This document shows positions 1 to 10,763 of a stretch of 64,000 nucleotides of DNA, in pieces. Both the position numbers and the translations under genes were made by a program. The notes under the pieces were generated by a model. That model saw only the letters and a program-made list of their open reading frames with translations. It did no database searches and had not been told where the DNA came from. Within the stretch, counting starts at the first letter, position 1. The number at the start of each line of letters is the position of its first letter. The DNA is from Macrostomum lignano (taxonomy: Eukaryota): positions 1-64,000 of the forward strand of contig NIVC01000963.1 in assembly GCA_002269645.1 (NCBI GenBank). The letters run 5' to 3'.

Positions 1-9
1 TTAAATAAA

Positions 10-1163
10 ATGGAAAGAAAAAAATCAAAACGATTCAAGTTTCTCTCCTGTGATCGTACAGGATCCGCTTCAAAACCATGATGCCCACACCAAGATTGAC
101 AAATTTAAAACAAACAAAATCGTACGATAAACTAATTAATCTCTATGAAGAACTTAATTTTAGATTCGGAAGTTGCAGTGTAACATGGAATAGTAAAACA
201 AAGAAAAAAATACCATCAGGAATGCCAAACCAAAGCAGATAGGAATTCAACCTCACCACCATTTCGACCAGATGTAGACAACATGATTTGGATAGATACA
301 GAAACTCAAATATAACCGTAATCGATATTGATAATGCTGACCTATGCCCTGAGTTGAATGAACTGTTATGACTCATTGTGATTGGGTTGTTCAGACAAAC
401 AAGGGACACCACTTTTACTTTAACAAGGTAGATGGATTGAAAGTAACGATTCAACAAAGTGTGGGTTTTGATATTCCCGCCTTAGTATTTGCTCCACCAG
501 GTTTCTATTATGTCGATGTGTGAAATTAGGAATACAAACGTACAAAGTCCAATGTTTAATAGACATGCCAGATGTAATTCTTGATGAGATAAATAGATTA
601 ATAAAGCCACAGGATAAAAAAGAAAACCAAGAACCGATAAACAGGCACTAAAAAGCACCGTTCCACCACCCACTTGTGAAGGAGCTTCAAAGTTGTTAAG
701 TATAATACAACACAAAAACCAAGACTATGATTCTTGGTACAAGGTAGCACTTATACTCCGCGACATAGACAGTGGTGATGAAATGTACAAAGTATTCACT
801 GATTGGTCAAAAGTAAATTATGATAAGTTCGATTCCGAATCATGTAAAAAGGTGTGGAATAGCACCAGTACCAGCTCTGCTGATGCACAGGACAGACTTA
901 CTATCGGTACACTAAAGAAATGGGCAAGTGAAGAAAATAACAAATATAAGGAATGGAAAAGCAAATATGATTATTATGGTAGGATTGAGTTTCTTGATGA
1001 TAATTTCACTGACGTTAATATAACCAACTTTGTTTATGAATATAAGAAGAATAATATAATTTACAATAGCGATGGTATTTACTATTTTGATGATGATAAG
1101 TGGAGAGAACTAAGTAGTATAAATGACATATTTCTTAAAATATCACACCTTGTTCAGCAGTGA
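10..1163 (+). pseudogene. PrimPol (AEP) + PriCT-2 primase region, disrupted by stops/frameshifts
   Basis: Manual translation gives NITVIDIDN (~308-335, DxD motif) and VVQTNKGHHFYF (~385-422, AEP motif II). ORF 693-1163 has PriCT-2-like YDSWYKVALIL...FTDWSK...CKKVWNS...TIGTLKKWA. Confidence 0.75.
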
Positions 1164-2469
1164 GTTAAACCACCGAAAGACTAGACTCGAAATTGCAATT
1201 AAGAAGGCGGCTGATGATAAAGAGAAGTTAAAAGCACTTGAAAAGAAACTACAGAGTACAATAAAGAATATAAATTCAATACAAGGAGCCAACAAACTCA
1301 AACAGGTAACTACTTTGTTCAAAGAGAGGTTTACTAACAATGAAATTGAATTCGACATGAAATGGAATTTGCTAGGGTTTAACGATGGAGTATACGACCT
1401 CCTTACAGGTGAGTTTCGCGAGTATAGATATGACGATTACGTTACTAAATCGGTGGGATATAATTACTCGGATGTACTTGGAGTGAGTGATTACGACTAT
1501 GGCTTCATTGTTAATCTGCATAACCAAATTCATCCCGATCCAGAAAATAGAAAAAGTTGGGAATCCGTTATAGCCACAGCTCTAATGGGTAAGAATGTTG
1601 AAAACTTTATAATGTTTGATGGCGCTGGTGGAAATGGCAAGGGAGTTGAGGACAACCTACTTCTTAGAACTCTAGGGTCTGATTATGCAGCACCACTGAG
1701 TCCTGATGTTTTGAATTTACCAATAAGAATAGACAGGCCACAACCAGCCCTAGCACAAATTAATAAAAAGAGGTTGGTTATCAGTCAAGAAGTAAGTGGT
1801 GTCTTGAACAATGCATCAATAAAATTACTAACTGGTGGTGGGGTTATCCAAGCTAGAAATTTATATTCAAGCCAGTGTAATGTCGTTTTACACACAACTC
1901 TGATAGTCGAATGTAATAACAAGCCTGACTTTAGACAAAATATTGGAGATGCAGAAAAAAGACGAATTATAAATATTAATTACCCATGTAAATATACAGC
2001 AGATACCGACATCATTGATCATGCGAAACACATTTATAAAGCCGATTCATATCTTAAGACCGAGGAGTTTAAGAATAAATATAAGTTTGCTGAGATGAAA
2101 CACCTACTAGAAATTTTCAAGCAAACAAAGGGTGAAATATATCGATCGAAAAGCGTAATTGAAAACACTAATGAATTCATACAGAATTGTAATTGGTTTG
2201 CTCACTTCTTTGAAGAGAATTATGAATTTTTAGAAACTGAGGAAAAAACATTTTTGCTTATTAGAGAAATTTACACTGCCGCAACAGAGAGTGAATACTA
2301 TAGGACTCTAGCCCAACGTGAGAAACGTGAATTCCAACAACAATACATAACAGATTTCTTCAAGAATCACAATGACTATTGTAAGTATTATAAGGATAGA
2401 TATAGGCGTAGGATAGATGGTAAACAGCAAGAAACTAGAAATGTTCTGTTTTACTGTGTAAAAAAATAA
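1123..2469 (+). CDS. D5-like SF3 helicase (C-terminal part of primase-helicase, frameshifted from the upstream ORF)
   Basis: D5_N-like LLGFNDGVYDL, Walker A GAGGNGKG (1621-1644), Walker B VISQE, motif C VECNNKP. Confidence 0.9.
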   Translation: MTYFLKYHTLFSSELNHRKTRLEIAIKKAADDKEKLKALEKKLQSTIKNINSIQGANKLKQVTTLFKERFTNNEIEFDMKWNLLGFNDGVYDLLTGEFREYRYDDYVTKSVGYNYSDVLGVSDYDYGFIVNLHNQIHPDPENRKSWESVIATALMGKNVENFIMFDGAGGNGKGVEDNLLLRTLGSDYAAPLSPDVLNLPIRIDRPQPALAQINKKRLVISQEVSGVLNNASIKLLTGGGVIQARNLYSSQCNVVLHTTLIVECNNKPDFRQNIGDAEKRRIININYPCKYTADTDIIDHAKHIYKADSYLKTEEFKNKYKFAEMKHLLEIFKQTKGEIYRSKSVIENTNEFIQNCNWFAHFFEENYEFLETEEKTFLLIREIYTAATESEYYRTLAQREKREFQQQYITDFFKNHNDYCKYYKDRYRRRIDGKQQETRNVLFYCVKK

Positions 2470-2490
2470 ACGAAGATGTTATCAATGAGA

Positions 2491-5400
2491 TTACATTGGC
2501 TGATGAGGAATAGATCTGATAGGATCCAAATAATATCTTTTATCATCTAACGGACTCATTGTTTGTTTCATAATCTCACGAATATATATTTTATTTTTTT
2601 CAGATACAGTCATACTTACTCTACCTCTTTGAATATCTTTGTAATCTGTCAATAGTATGTTTTTAAAAGTTTCAAATTTATATTTGTACTGCTTTTATCA
2701 ACCCCTTGATCGTAACACACTCCCCTGAAACTGTAGTGAAAGCATACTCCTTTGACCGCAGGAATACAGCTTCGGAAATTATTGAGCCATTCATTTCATC
2801 TTTCAACTTTCCAATAACTTTCTTGTTCGTCTCGGAGTATAGTGGATGCTCTCTTGGATAATCCGATGTGTCTAAGTGTTCTTTAATTTTTTCAAGATCC
2901 TTATAAACATCTGAGTAATCACTGAGAATATTAGCGAATCACAATCAGAATAGTGCAATTGACAGCTGTTCCAATTCTTCTCAATAAAATTGTAATAGCA
3001 ATCGTACATTAGCATTTTTGCATAATCCAGAATAGCCATTCCTAAATAAATTGGCTTGTCACACGCAATTGTCTTTTTGTACATTTGGACACCAACTGCA
3101 TCCTCACTAAACATAATGAAATCTTTGAAATTTGGTTTGGAAAAATAACGCCTTGCAGTTTTTTCTTCAGCTACAAGATGAAAGTTCGACCTATTCTTTA
3201 CATTTTCGATTGTTTTACCGTAGAATGAATTGTTCAGTAGTTTCCACAGGTCTTTCTCAAATTTAGTTTTTGCTTCCATTCTCTGCCTGGTATTAAATTC
3301 GATGTATTTACTCAACCAGTTTGACTCTTTGAATGAAAGAATTCTATGAACTCTCATAACTCGCATGCCCATCTTCTCATAAAACTCAAGTAGTCTGTGA
3401 TGTAAAACATATTTCTCCTTGTTGTAAAATGTCAACATCAACTTGGATTGAACAAACTTTTTCTTTTCGACTTCGAGGTATTGCTTCTGTATATCAGATA
3501 AATCCTCAAACCTAGTTGTTCGTTTCTCAGGAGCCAGTGGATATTTACTTGTAGCTTTCTTACATCCTCTGTATATTCAAGGTCAACTTCAAGAAAACAA
3601 CCCCTGCCATTAGGAATATTCTTGTGATACTCTAGATCATTTTCAAACTTGAAATCTCCCACAGGTAGATTTTTCATCATTGCTTCACCATATAAATTAT
3701 TCTTGTCCAAGTATAGCATGTACGACGATTCAGAATTGCTGTCATAACTTTCTAAATACTTGTTATTCATTTTTTTATATCGATCTCCAAGAACTCCAGA
3801 GAAACCGCCGCGAATACCACTTTCTACCATGGATATCATTTCTTTATCACCAAGTAATTCCAATTCCACATTAGTATATTTCAACCCACATGCCCACGAT
3901 AATCCAGAAAGGGAAAAGCAATACGCAGGATCTATCTTGAAATATTTCAAAAATGTTGATCGAAACTTCTCAAAAGCGTTGACAAATGAGTAAATCTTTC
4001 TAATTACTGCTGTTGTATCACTGGGTGGCAAATATTTTATTTCTTCTTCAGAGAGTGTAAATGGTGGTTCCAAAAACCTAGATCCATCTAAAAACACAAC
4101 ACCACTGGTATAATTCCCCCACTTAATTGCAACATGGTCTTCCGATGTTTTAGAAATGAAATCCAATTTATAAGCTGTATTCTTTATTCGTGTTAATGGA
4201 ACTATCAAATAGTTTAGATCTTTTCCAGATTCATTCAGGAGAAACAACGGTACCGTTTGATTCGCCTTGCCCTCCTTGGTATTACATGATTGACATGCTG
4301 CGCCGCGATATTTACCATTGTAGTGATTATGCTCTCTAATTTTTTTACTATCTACAAATGGCCTTGAGCAGAGAAAACATTGTTCTGCCGCTTTGTAATC
4401 AGTCTCTTCGACATCACTTAATCTTGGATGTTTATATCTATCCATTTCATTTTTTATATGCTCAAACTTTTTTATTACGGTTTCAACGAATGATTCCACT
4501 GTAGTATTTAAAATAATATTTGATTTTATAATGTCCTCATAGTCGGAACTAGTAAAAAGTGTCCATTGTGATAGCTCTAGTGATTTATCATCCATCGTTA
4601 CATAATCTAATATTGCATAAAACACAAATGGTTTTCTTACACTCATGTGGTAGTTTTTAAACTTTAATATCCTCTTATCAATCTTTGGAACTTCAATTGA
4701 CACTTTGAAGTCATTACAGATTGCTTTATGATTATCCAGTGCATCCTGGGAGTATTTGACTTGAAGACACTTTCGACAAAGAAAAACCCTGTTGTAATTT
4801 TGGGACGTGAGGAATAAACACAAGTCTGTTATTAAGCAATAATGATTTTCAACAAGTAGTAAATCAATAACATTGGGGTTGTCGTAATCTTCTGTCAGAC
4901 GAATAGAATATATTGACTCTTTAGTATTTATATCCCTCAATCCAAACACATTTATATGAAGACTGTTCAACTTTTCAATCTCAGAGATATCTCGAATGTC
5001 CACTGGAAATTTAACGTCTCCTAAGTTTATTTCATTTATATACTGTGTATACTTACCAACTCTATATCTATGTTCCTTCACAGGATGGAGCTTTGCTAAA
5101 ATAGACCAGAGAAAGCACCTATTGTCTTTAGTGTTCTTAACATTTACTAATGCGTTTGATTTAATTGGAATTAGAATATAAGTTCCTCCTTTCAACTGAT
5201 TAATGCCAACAACTTTCAACACAATCTTTACTAACTTAACAAAATAATATCCTGATCCCCTTTCATTAAAACTATCCTTCCATCCATCGAATTCATCCAG
5301 AACATCCTGAATTGTACTTTCTATACTAGTTTCCACTTGGAGAAGATTTAACAAAGTTCGATACTTTGAATGATATTGGAACTCAATCCAACTGTCGGTA

Positions 5401-5555
5401 GTTCCTTTATAAAATTCTGCGACAAAGGAAATTCTGTATTTTATTGAATCTCTAGCCATCAAATATTCGGAAAGAATTGGGGAGATTAAACCGCGAATTT
5501 CTTCAACGGAGTCGAGATCGAATTCATAAGAGGCCGCTGGTATTTTCCTTTCCAT
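2491..5555 (-). pseudogene. polB: Protein-primed family B DNA polymerase (Polinton type) with C2H2 finger and EndoVII/HNH-like insert; frameshifted
   Basis: LYLDKNNLYGEAM (motif A), KLLNNSFYGKT (B), YSDCDS (C). Alternate frames continue SKYPLAPE (~3540), LDTSDYPREHPLY...IGKLKDE (~2800-2880) and SPLDDKRY to TAA at 2491. Insert CFLC...REHNHYNGKYRGAACQSCN. Frameshifts near 3550, 2905 and 2700. Confidence 0.9.
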
Positions 5556-5580
5556 TTTTAAGAAAAAAAATTAAACAGAC

Positions 5581-6321
5581 TCAAGCATAGGGGGGTGCAC
5601 TTGGAGCATTTGATTGAAGATTGAGTGTTGCCGAGTACTCTTTTGGCTTATCAGCTAGACCCAATTTTTCTCTCAGATCTTTCTCCAGCAGTTCCTTTTT
5701 AATTTTTTCCTTCGCTGATTGACCAAGTCTACTCTCTTTGAGGATTTTATCAACGACTTCCGAATGGTTAACTTCTTCAGGCGCAACACAGGTGTCTAAC
5801 AATTGGTCTCTTTTCTCTCTGTATTCTGAATAAATTGCAGCAGCTGCTTGAACCTCTTCAAGAGTTAATCTATAATCATCAACTGCTTTTTGGGAGTAAA
5901 TATACAATCTCTCTCTGTATTGATTTGCCAGATCTCTGAGAACAATGTATTTTGCCTTCTGCTTTTGGCAATGCATTTTCACAGTTGCAAACAACGACGT
6001 GGATTTTACAGCTTCAAAACCACTCATTGCCCCGATTACTACTCCAATAACTAAGGGATTCAATGTCAGTATCGATGTTGCTATGCCAATTCCTGTAGCA
6101 GCCAAGAGACTTACATTTCCTGTCACAATGTTGATCCAATTTATCCTGCTACTTTGTCGTTTGTACTTTTTTACCTTTTTGCTATAAATTGTAAGATCTT
6201 TCGTAATGCATTCAATACTGCCTTTGATTTCACCCTTTCTCTGATTGAAATAGTCCCACTCCCTCAAATCTGCTTCATGCAGCTCAACCACAGGATAGAT
6301 GTGTTCATTTTTTTCATTCAT
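5581..6321 (-). CDS. Polinton-associated coiled-coil/transmembrane-hairpin protein
   Basis: Intact ORF; probable start TATAAAAATG at 6321 (track start 6351). Hydrophobic hairpin WINIVTG...GAMSGFEAV, conserved-looking AVDDYRLTLEEV block, C-terminal PSAPPY. Confidence 0.7.
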   Translation of the reverse strand: MNEKNEHIYPVVELHEADLREWDYFNQRKGEIKGSIECITKDLTIYSKKVKKYKRQSSRINWINIVTGNVSLLAATGIGIATSILTLNPLVIGVVIGAMSGFEAVKSTSLFATVKMHCQKQKAKYIVLRDLANQYRERLYIYSQKAVDDYRLTLEEVQAAAAIYSEYREKRDQLLDTCVAPEEVNHSEVVDKILKESRLGQSAKEKIKKELLEKDLREKLGLADKPKEYSATLNLQSNAPSAPPYA

Positions 6322-6839
6322 TTTTATATGGCGATTATGCCTAATTGTCAATTATGTCTATACCTGACTGAATATCTAAGGCATTTCCTAGAAATATTGG
6401 TTTACTGAAGGCCATTTTATATATATATAATTTACTATCGTTGAATTGGATGACACTTTCATATTGTATATACCTGAAATTGCATTAAATTGACCCGAGG
6501 ATCCAACTTTTCTCATGGTTTTTGAGCTGGAATCGTGAAAATTGCACTTTTTCAAAATTTTTGAAAATCACAAAAAATCGCTGTTTTCAGACCATTTTCA
6601 CCTGTTTTTAGTCATTTTTCACTTATTTTTAGTGATTTTCAAAATGAGTGAGGGCATGAGGGCGAGGGCACCCCCCCTTTTTAAAAGTATAAAAATTCCG
6701 GAAATTCTGTGTTCTGTGAAATATTCCACAGGCCAATGCCCCCACATGCCCTCACCCTCAACACCCTCACTCACAGATATATGTATATTTATATATTTTT
6801 ATATTTATCACACACACACTTGAATCCATGACCACCTGG

Positions 6840-6940
6840 TAGTAGTAGTATGTTATAAGGGGCTGAGTCATCCAGCGAGCTGGCGCGTAATGCGCCCGAG
6901 CGATAAGTGTGGCGCAGCCCCTTATAACATACTACTACTA
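6840..6940. repeat. Perfect 26-bp inverted repeat (terminal hairpin)
   Basis: TAGTAGTAGTATGTTATAAGGGGCTG (6840-6865) is the exact reverse complement of 6915-6940; 49-nt GC-rich loop. Confidence 0.95.
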
Positions 6941-6941
6941 A

Positions 6942-7205
6942 TGGGGTATTGCGAATGGGGTATTGGGAATGGGGTATGGTGGATGGGATATTAGCGATGG
7001 GGGTATTGGGGATGGGGTATTGGGAATGGGTTATGGGGGGATGGGGGCATAGGGCATGGGGATTGGGTATTGGGGATTGTGATGGGGTATTGGGATGCGG
7101 TATTTTGATGGGTATGGGCGATGGGGCATGGATATTGGGTATTGGGGATTGGGTATTGGGATGGGGCATTGGCGATGGAGTATTGGGGATGGGGTAATGG
7201 CGCAT
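6942..7205. repeat. Degenerate TGGGGTATTGGGGA minisatellite
   Basis: Visible tandem repetition. Confidence 0.85.
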
Positions 7206-7324
7206 TGGGAATTGGCAATCCGCACTGGCCATGGGTACGCCAATGTGCTGCGGAGCTGAGCTGCAGGCAGCCAATAAAAACGCAAGGCTACTTCGCCCAG
7301 TTACCAAAATCGAACGCTACTCAC

Positions 7325-7405
7325 GCTGTGGACACGGAGGGGTCGGTCGGAACCGCCGAGAGCTGGCTCAGAAACTCGATGGACGAATTTTTGTAATTTA
7401 CCGAT
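7325..7405 (-). CDS. ANO: Anoctamin exon (putative, phase 2-2)
   Basis: ttgcag acceptor and gtgagt donor; 81 nt open in the frame set by the previous exon (SVNYKNSSIEFLSQLSAVPTDPSVST). Confidence 0.6.
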
Positions 7406-7469
7406 CTGCAATATGAAGCAAAGTGAGCCTTCGGTAATTTTTGCGGGTCACTGAGGTTGCTGGCGAGAT

Positions 7470-7775
7470 CAGGGACACCAGGCACACCAGGGACACCAAG
7501 GACACCAGGGACACCAAGGACACAACACCAGGGACACCAGGGACACCAAGGACACCAGGGACACCAAGGACACCAGGGACACCAAGGACACCAGGGACAC
7601 CAAGGACACCAGGGACACCAAGGACACCAAGGAGTTAGGACACCAGGGTCACCAGGGAAACCAGGGACATAAAAGTCAGAGACACTATGTTAGCTTCCAC
7701 TGTTGATCCCCTGGGGTCTCAAGCGAGTCCCAAGCGAGTCCCGAGCGAGTCCCGAGCGAGTCCCGAGCGAGTCCC
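7470..7775. repeat. 9-bp GGACACCA(A/G) array plus 11-bp GTCCCGAGCGA array (intronic)
   Basis: Direct tandem repeats. Confidence 0.9.
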
Positions 7776-7786
7776 AGTCCACTCAC

Positions 7787-8162
7787 GCATTGGCCAGTCC
7801 GTACACGAAGAAGCAGAGGCCGATGGCCGTGAGGAACAGCAGGCACCAGATGATGTAGCCGAACCAAGCATAGTAGAAGGCCAGCCGCTCGCCAAAGTAC
7901 AGCCGGATGAGGCGCAGAGGCTGGAAGCGACAGCAGCAGTCCCACGAGCGGCTCAGCTGGTACCGCAGGTCCAGGTTGAGCCGCCAGCCGTCGCGAGAAT
8001 CGCCGCCGCCGTTGTCGGATTTCGTGTCGGCGTCCTCCACGACGCCGCCGCCGGTGCGGCAGCCGCAGCCGCCTGTCGGGCGCTTCGCCGGTCCCGACGT
8101 CTGCGCGTCGTGCATGGCGAAGGCGTCGGAAAAAACGTTCGACTCCAGCAGGTGCTCCAGCA
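7787..8162 (-). CDS. ANO: Anoctamin/TMEM16 exon including TM1
   Basis: LEHLLESNVFSDAFAMHD and FQPLRLIRLYFGERLAFYYAWFGYIIWCL match anoctamin AFPLHD and QPLD.IR.YFGEKI..YFAWLG motifs; cag/gtgagt boundaries. Confidence 0.9.
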
Positions 8163-8221
8163 CTGCCAGGGTGATTGAGAACATGCGGGAGGGGGTTGAG
8201 ACCATGGCAACAGAGGGGACT

Positions 8222-9215
8222 GCAGCGCCTTGATGACACGATGGGATCTCACAGCGCCTTGACAACACGATGGGGATCTCACAGCGCCTTGACAACACGA
8301 TGGGGATCTCACAGCGCCTTGACAACACGATGGGGATCTCACAGCACCTTGACAACACGATGGGGATCTCACAGCACCTTGACAACACGATGGGGATCTC
8401 ACAGCACCTTGACGACACGATGGGGATCTCACAGCGCCTTGACAACACGATGGGATCTCACAGCGCCTTGACAACACGATGGGATCTCACAGCGCCTTGA
8501 CAACACGATGGGGATCTTACAGCACCTTGACAACACGATGGGGATCTCACAGCACCTTGACGACACGATGGGGATCTCACAGCGCCTTGACAACACGATG
8601 GGATCTCACAGCGCCTTGACAACACGATGGGGATCTCACAGCGCCTTGACAACACGATGGGGATCTCACAGCGCCTTGACAACACGATGGGGATCTCACA
8701 GCACATTGCAAACACGATGGGGATCTCACAGCACCTTGACAACACGATGGGGTTCTCACAGCACCTTTACGACACGATGGGGATCTCACAGCGCCTTGAC
8801 AACACGATGGGGATCTCACAGCACCTTGACAACACGATGGGGATCTCACAGCACCTTGACAACACGATGGGGATCTCACAGCACCTTGACAACACGATGG
8901 GGATCTCACAGCACCTTGACAACACGATGGGGATCTCACAGCACCTTGACAACACGATGGGGATCTCACAGCACCTTGACAACACGATGGGGATCTCACA
9001 GCACCTTGACAACACGATGGGGATCTCACAGCACCTTGACAACACGATGGGGATCTCACAGCACCTTGACAACACGATGGGGATCTCACAGCACCTTGAC
9101 AACACGATGGGGATCTCACAGCACCTTGACAACACGATGGGGATCTCACAGCACCTTGACAACACGATGGGGATCTCACAGCACCTTGACAACACGATGG
9201 GGATCTCACAGCGCC
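8222..9215. repeat. 30-bp minisatellite GCACCTTGACAACACGATGGGGATCTCACA, ~33 copies (intronic)
   Basis: Near-identical tandem units. Confidence 0.95.
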
Positions 9216-9229
9216 CAGACGCTCCTCAC

Positions 9230-9410
9230 CAATCGGGGAGTCCTCTTTATCCAGCCAGGTCCTGAGGCTCTTGCAGTACATGCAGGACGGAGGACAGCCC
9301 AGCAGCTCGGGATCCGAGCGGACGGCCTTGCGCAGCTCTAGGCCGATGTCGATTCGCTGCAGCCTGGAGTAGGTCTGCTCGGGGGAGGACATTCGTGCCA
9401 ATCTGAGGTA
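9230..9410 (-). CDS. ANO: Anoctamin exon (phase 0-1)
   Basis: ttctag acceptor, gtgagg donor; 181 nt open; phases fit both neighbours. Confidence 0.65.
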
Positions 9411-9660
9411 CTAGAATTATGACTACAGGATGGCCAAATATTTTTTGTTTTTGCTTTTCTAAATTCTTAGAAAACAGTTAAAGAACTGCCCCTCTCGGGG
9501 TAACATTAAGTGATCTTTACTTTGAGCACTGCTGGTTCGTAACTGCATGATCCAGCCGCTTCATCATAAGTTTGTTAAACTCTGCTAAACTAGTTATTCA
9601 TATTTGCCATCAGGCATCCTCAATCTCCTACAAGTTCGGTTCCAACTCGCCCAGCCTCAC

Positions 9661-9767
9661 CAGGTAGATTCGCTGAGCTCCGGTGAGGCGAAACTCGCTG
9701 CCGTCGCGGCCGCCGCCGAAGAACATGTGCTTCTTCTTGAAGATGAACGGCGCACAGATGAAGTCCG
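9661..9767 (-). CDS. ANO: Anoctamin N-terminal exon
   Basis: DFICAPFIFKKKHMFFGGGRDGSEFRLTGAQRIYL resembles the anoctamin FTAPF...F...QR motif; gtgagg donor. Acceptor at 9768-9770 (alternative at 9788-9790). Confidence 0.75.
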
Positions 9768-9799
9768 CTGCGGGATTGGAGGGCCTTCTAATGTTAGAG

Positions 9800-10515
9800 C
9801 GGTGAGATAGACAGGGTGCGCATGTGTTAGACAGGTGTTAGACAGGGTGCGCATGTGTTAGGTAGGTGTTAGACAGGGTGCGCATGTGTTAGACAGGTGT
9901 TAGACAGGGTGCGCATGTGTTAGGTAGGTGTTAGACAGGGTGCGCATGTGTTAGACAGGTGTTAGACAGGGTGCGCATGTGTTAGACAGGTGTTAGACAG
10001 GGTGCGCATGTGTTAGACAGGTGTTAGACAGGGTGCCCATGTGTTAGGTAGGTGTTAGACAGGGTGCACATGTGTTAGACAGGTGTTAGACAGGGCGCGC
10101 ATGTGTTAGACAGGGTGTGCATGTATTAGACAGGGCGCGCATGTATTAGACAGGGTGTGCATGTATTAGACAGGGTGTACATGTATTAGACAGGGTGTAC
10201 ATGTATTAGACAGGGTGTACATGTATTAGACAGGGTGTACATGTATTAGATAGGGTGTACATGAATTAGACAGGGTGTACATGAATTAGACAGGGTGTAC
10301 ATGTATTAGATAGGGTGTACATGTATTAGACAGGGTGTACATGTATTAGACAGGGTGTACATGTATTAGACAGGGTGTACATGTATTAGACAGGGTGTAC
10401 ATGTATTAGACAGGGTGTACATATGTTAGACAGGGTGTGCATGTATTAGACAGGGTGTACATGTATGTAGACAGGGTGTACATGTATTAGACAGGGTGTA
10501 CATGTATTAGACAGG
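9800..10515. repeat. 20/30-bp minisatellite AGACAGGGTG(C/T)(G/A)CATGT(G/A)TT (intronic)
   Basis: Tandem units with a gradual sequence shift along the array. Confidence 0.95.
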
Positions 10516-10538
10516 GTGTTGCATTCTCCCCAGCCCAC

Positions 10539-10673
10539 CATTCTCGTCGGTGATTGCGGCTTCTTCCGCCTCCCGATGGCGGTGGTCTCGGGCTGCAGGC
10601 AGCCGCAGCAGCAGGGGTTGTCCCCCTCAATCTTGGCTTCGTCGTCCGGACAGCACAGCGGGGTGGTTTCGGT
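10539..10673 (-). CDS. ANO: Anoctamin exon (probable 1-nt indel)
   Basis: cag/gtgggc boundaries. TETTPLCCPDDE... needs one extra base (e.g. in the CCC run) to join in phase as ...EAAITDEN-ADFICAPF. Confidence 0.5.
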
Positions 10674-10763
10674 CTGAGAGGGTTCACGAAGTCGGCTGTG
10701 AGGCAGCGGCAACGGATTTTTCAAGATCAGATATGGTCAAAGCTCAAGTTATTGTTCTGAGAT

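Larger units (their letters stand above)
1..6939. mobile_element. Polinton/Maverick-like endogenous DNA virus, right-hand part (continues left of the window)
   Basis: AT-rich, intronless, compact genes (primase-helicase, pPolB, TM protein). Terminal ...CATACTACTACT at 6939 is typical of AGT-repeat Polinton ends. Abrupt switch to host-type minisatellite after 6940. No capsid or integrase gene visible in the window. Confidence 0.8.

Noticed and set aside
1-6420. Bacterial/phage contamination explaining the AT-rich intronless genes
   Set aside because: The pPolB is of the metazoan Polinton type, starts lack Shine-Dalgarno sequences, and the element joins host intron sequence through a Polinton-like terminus.
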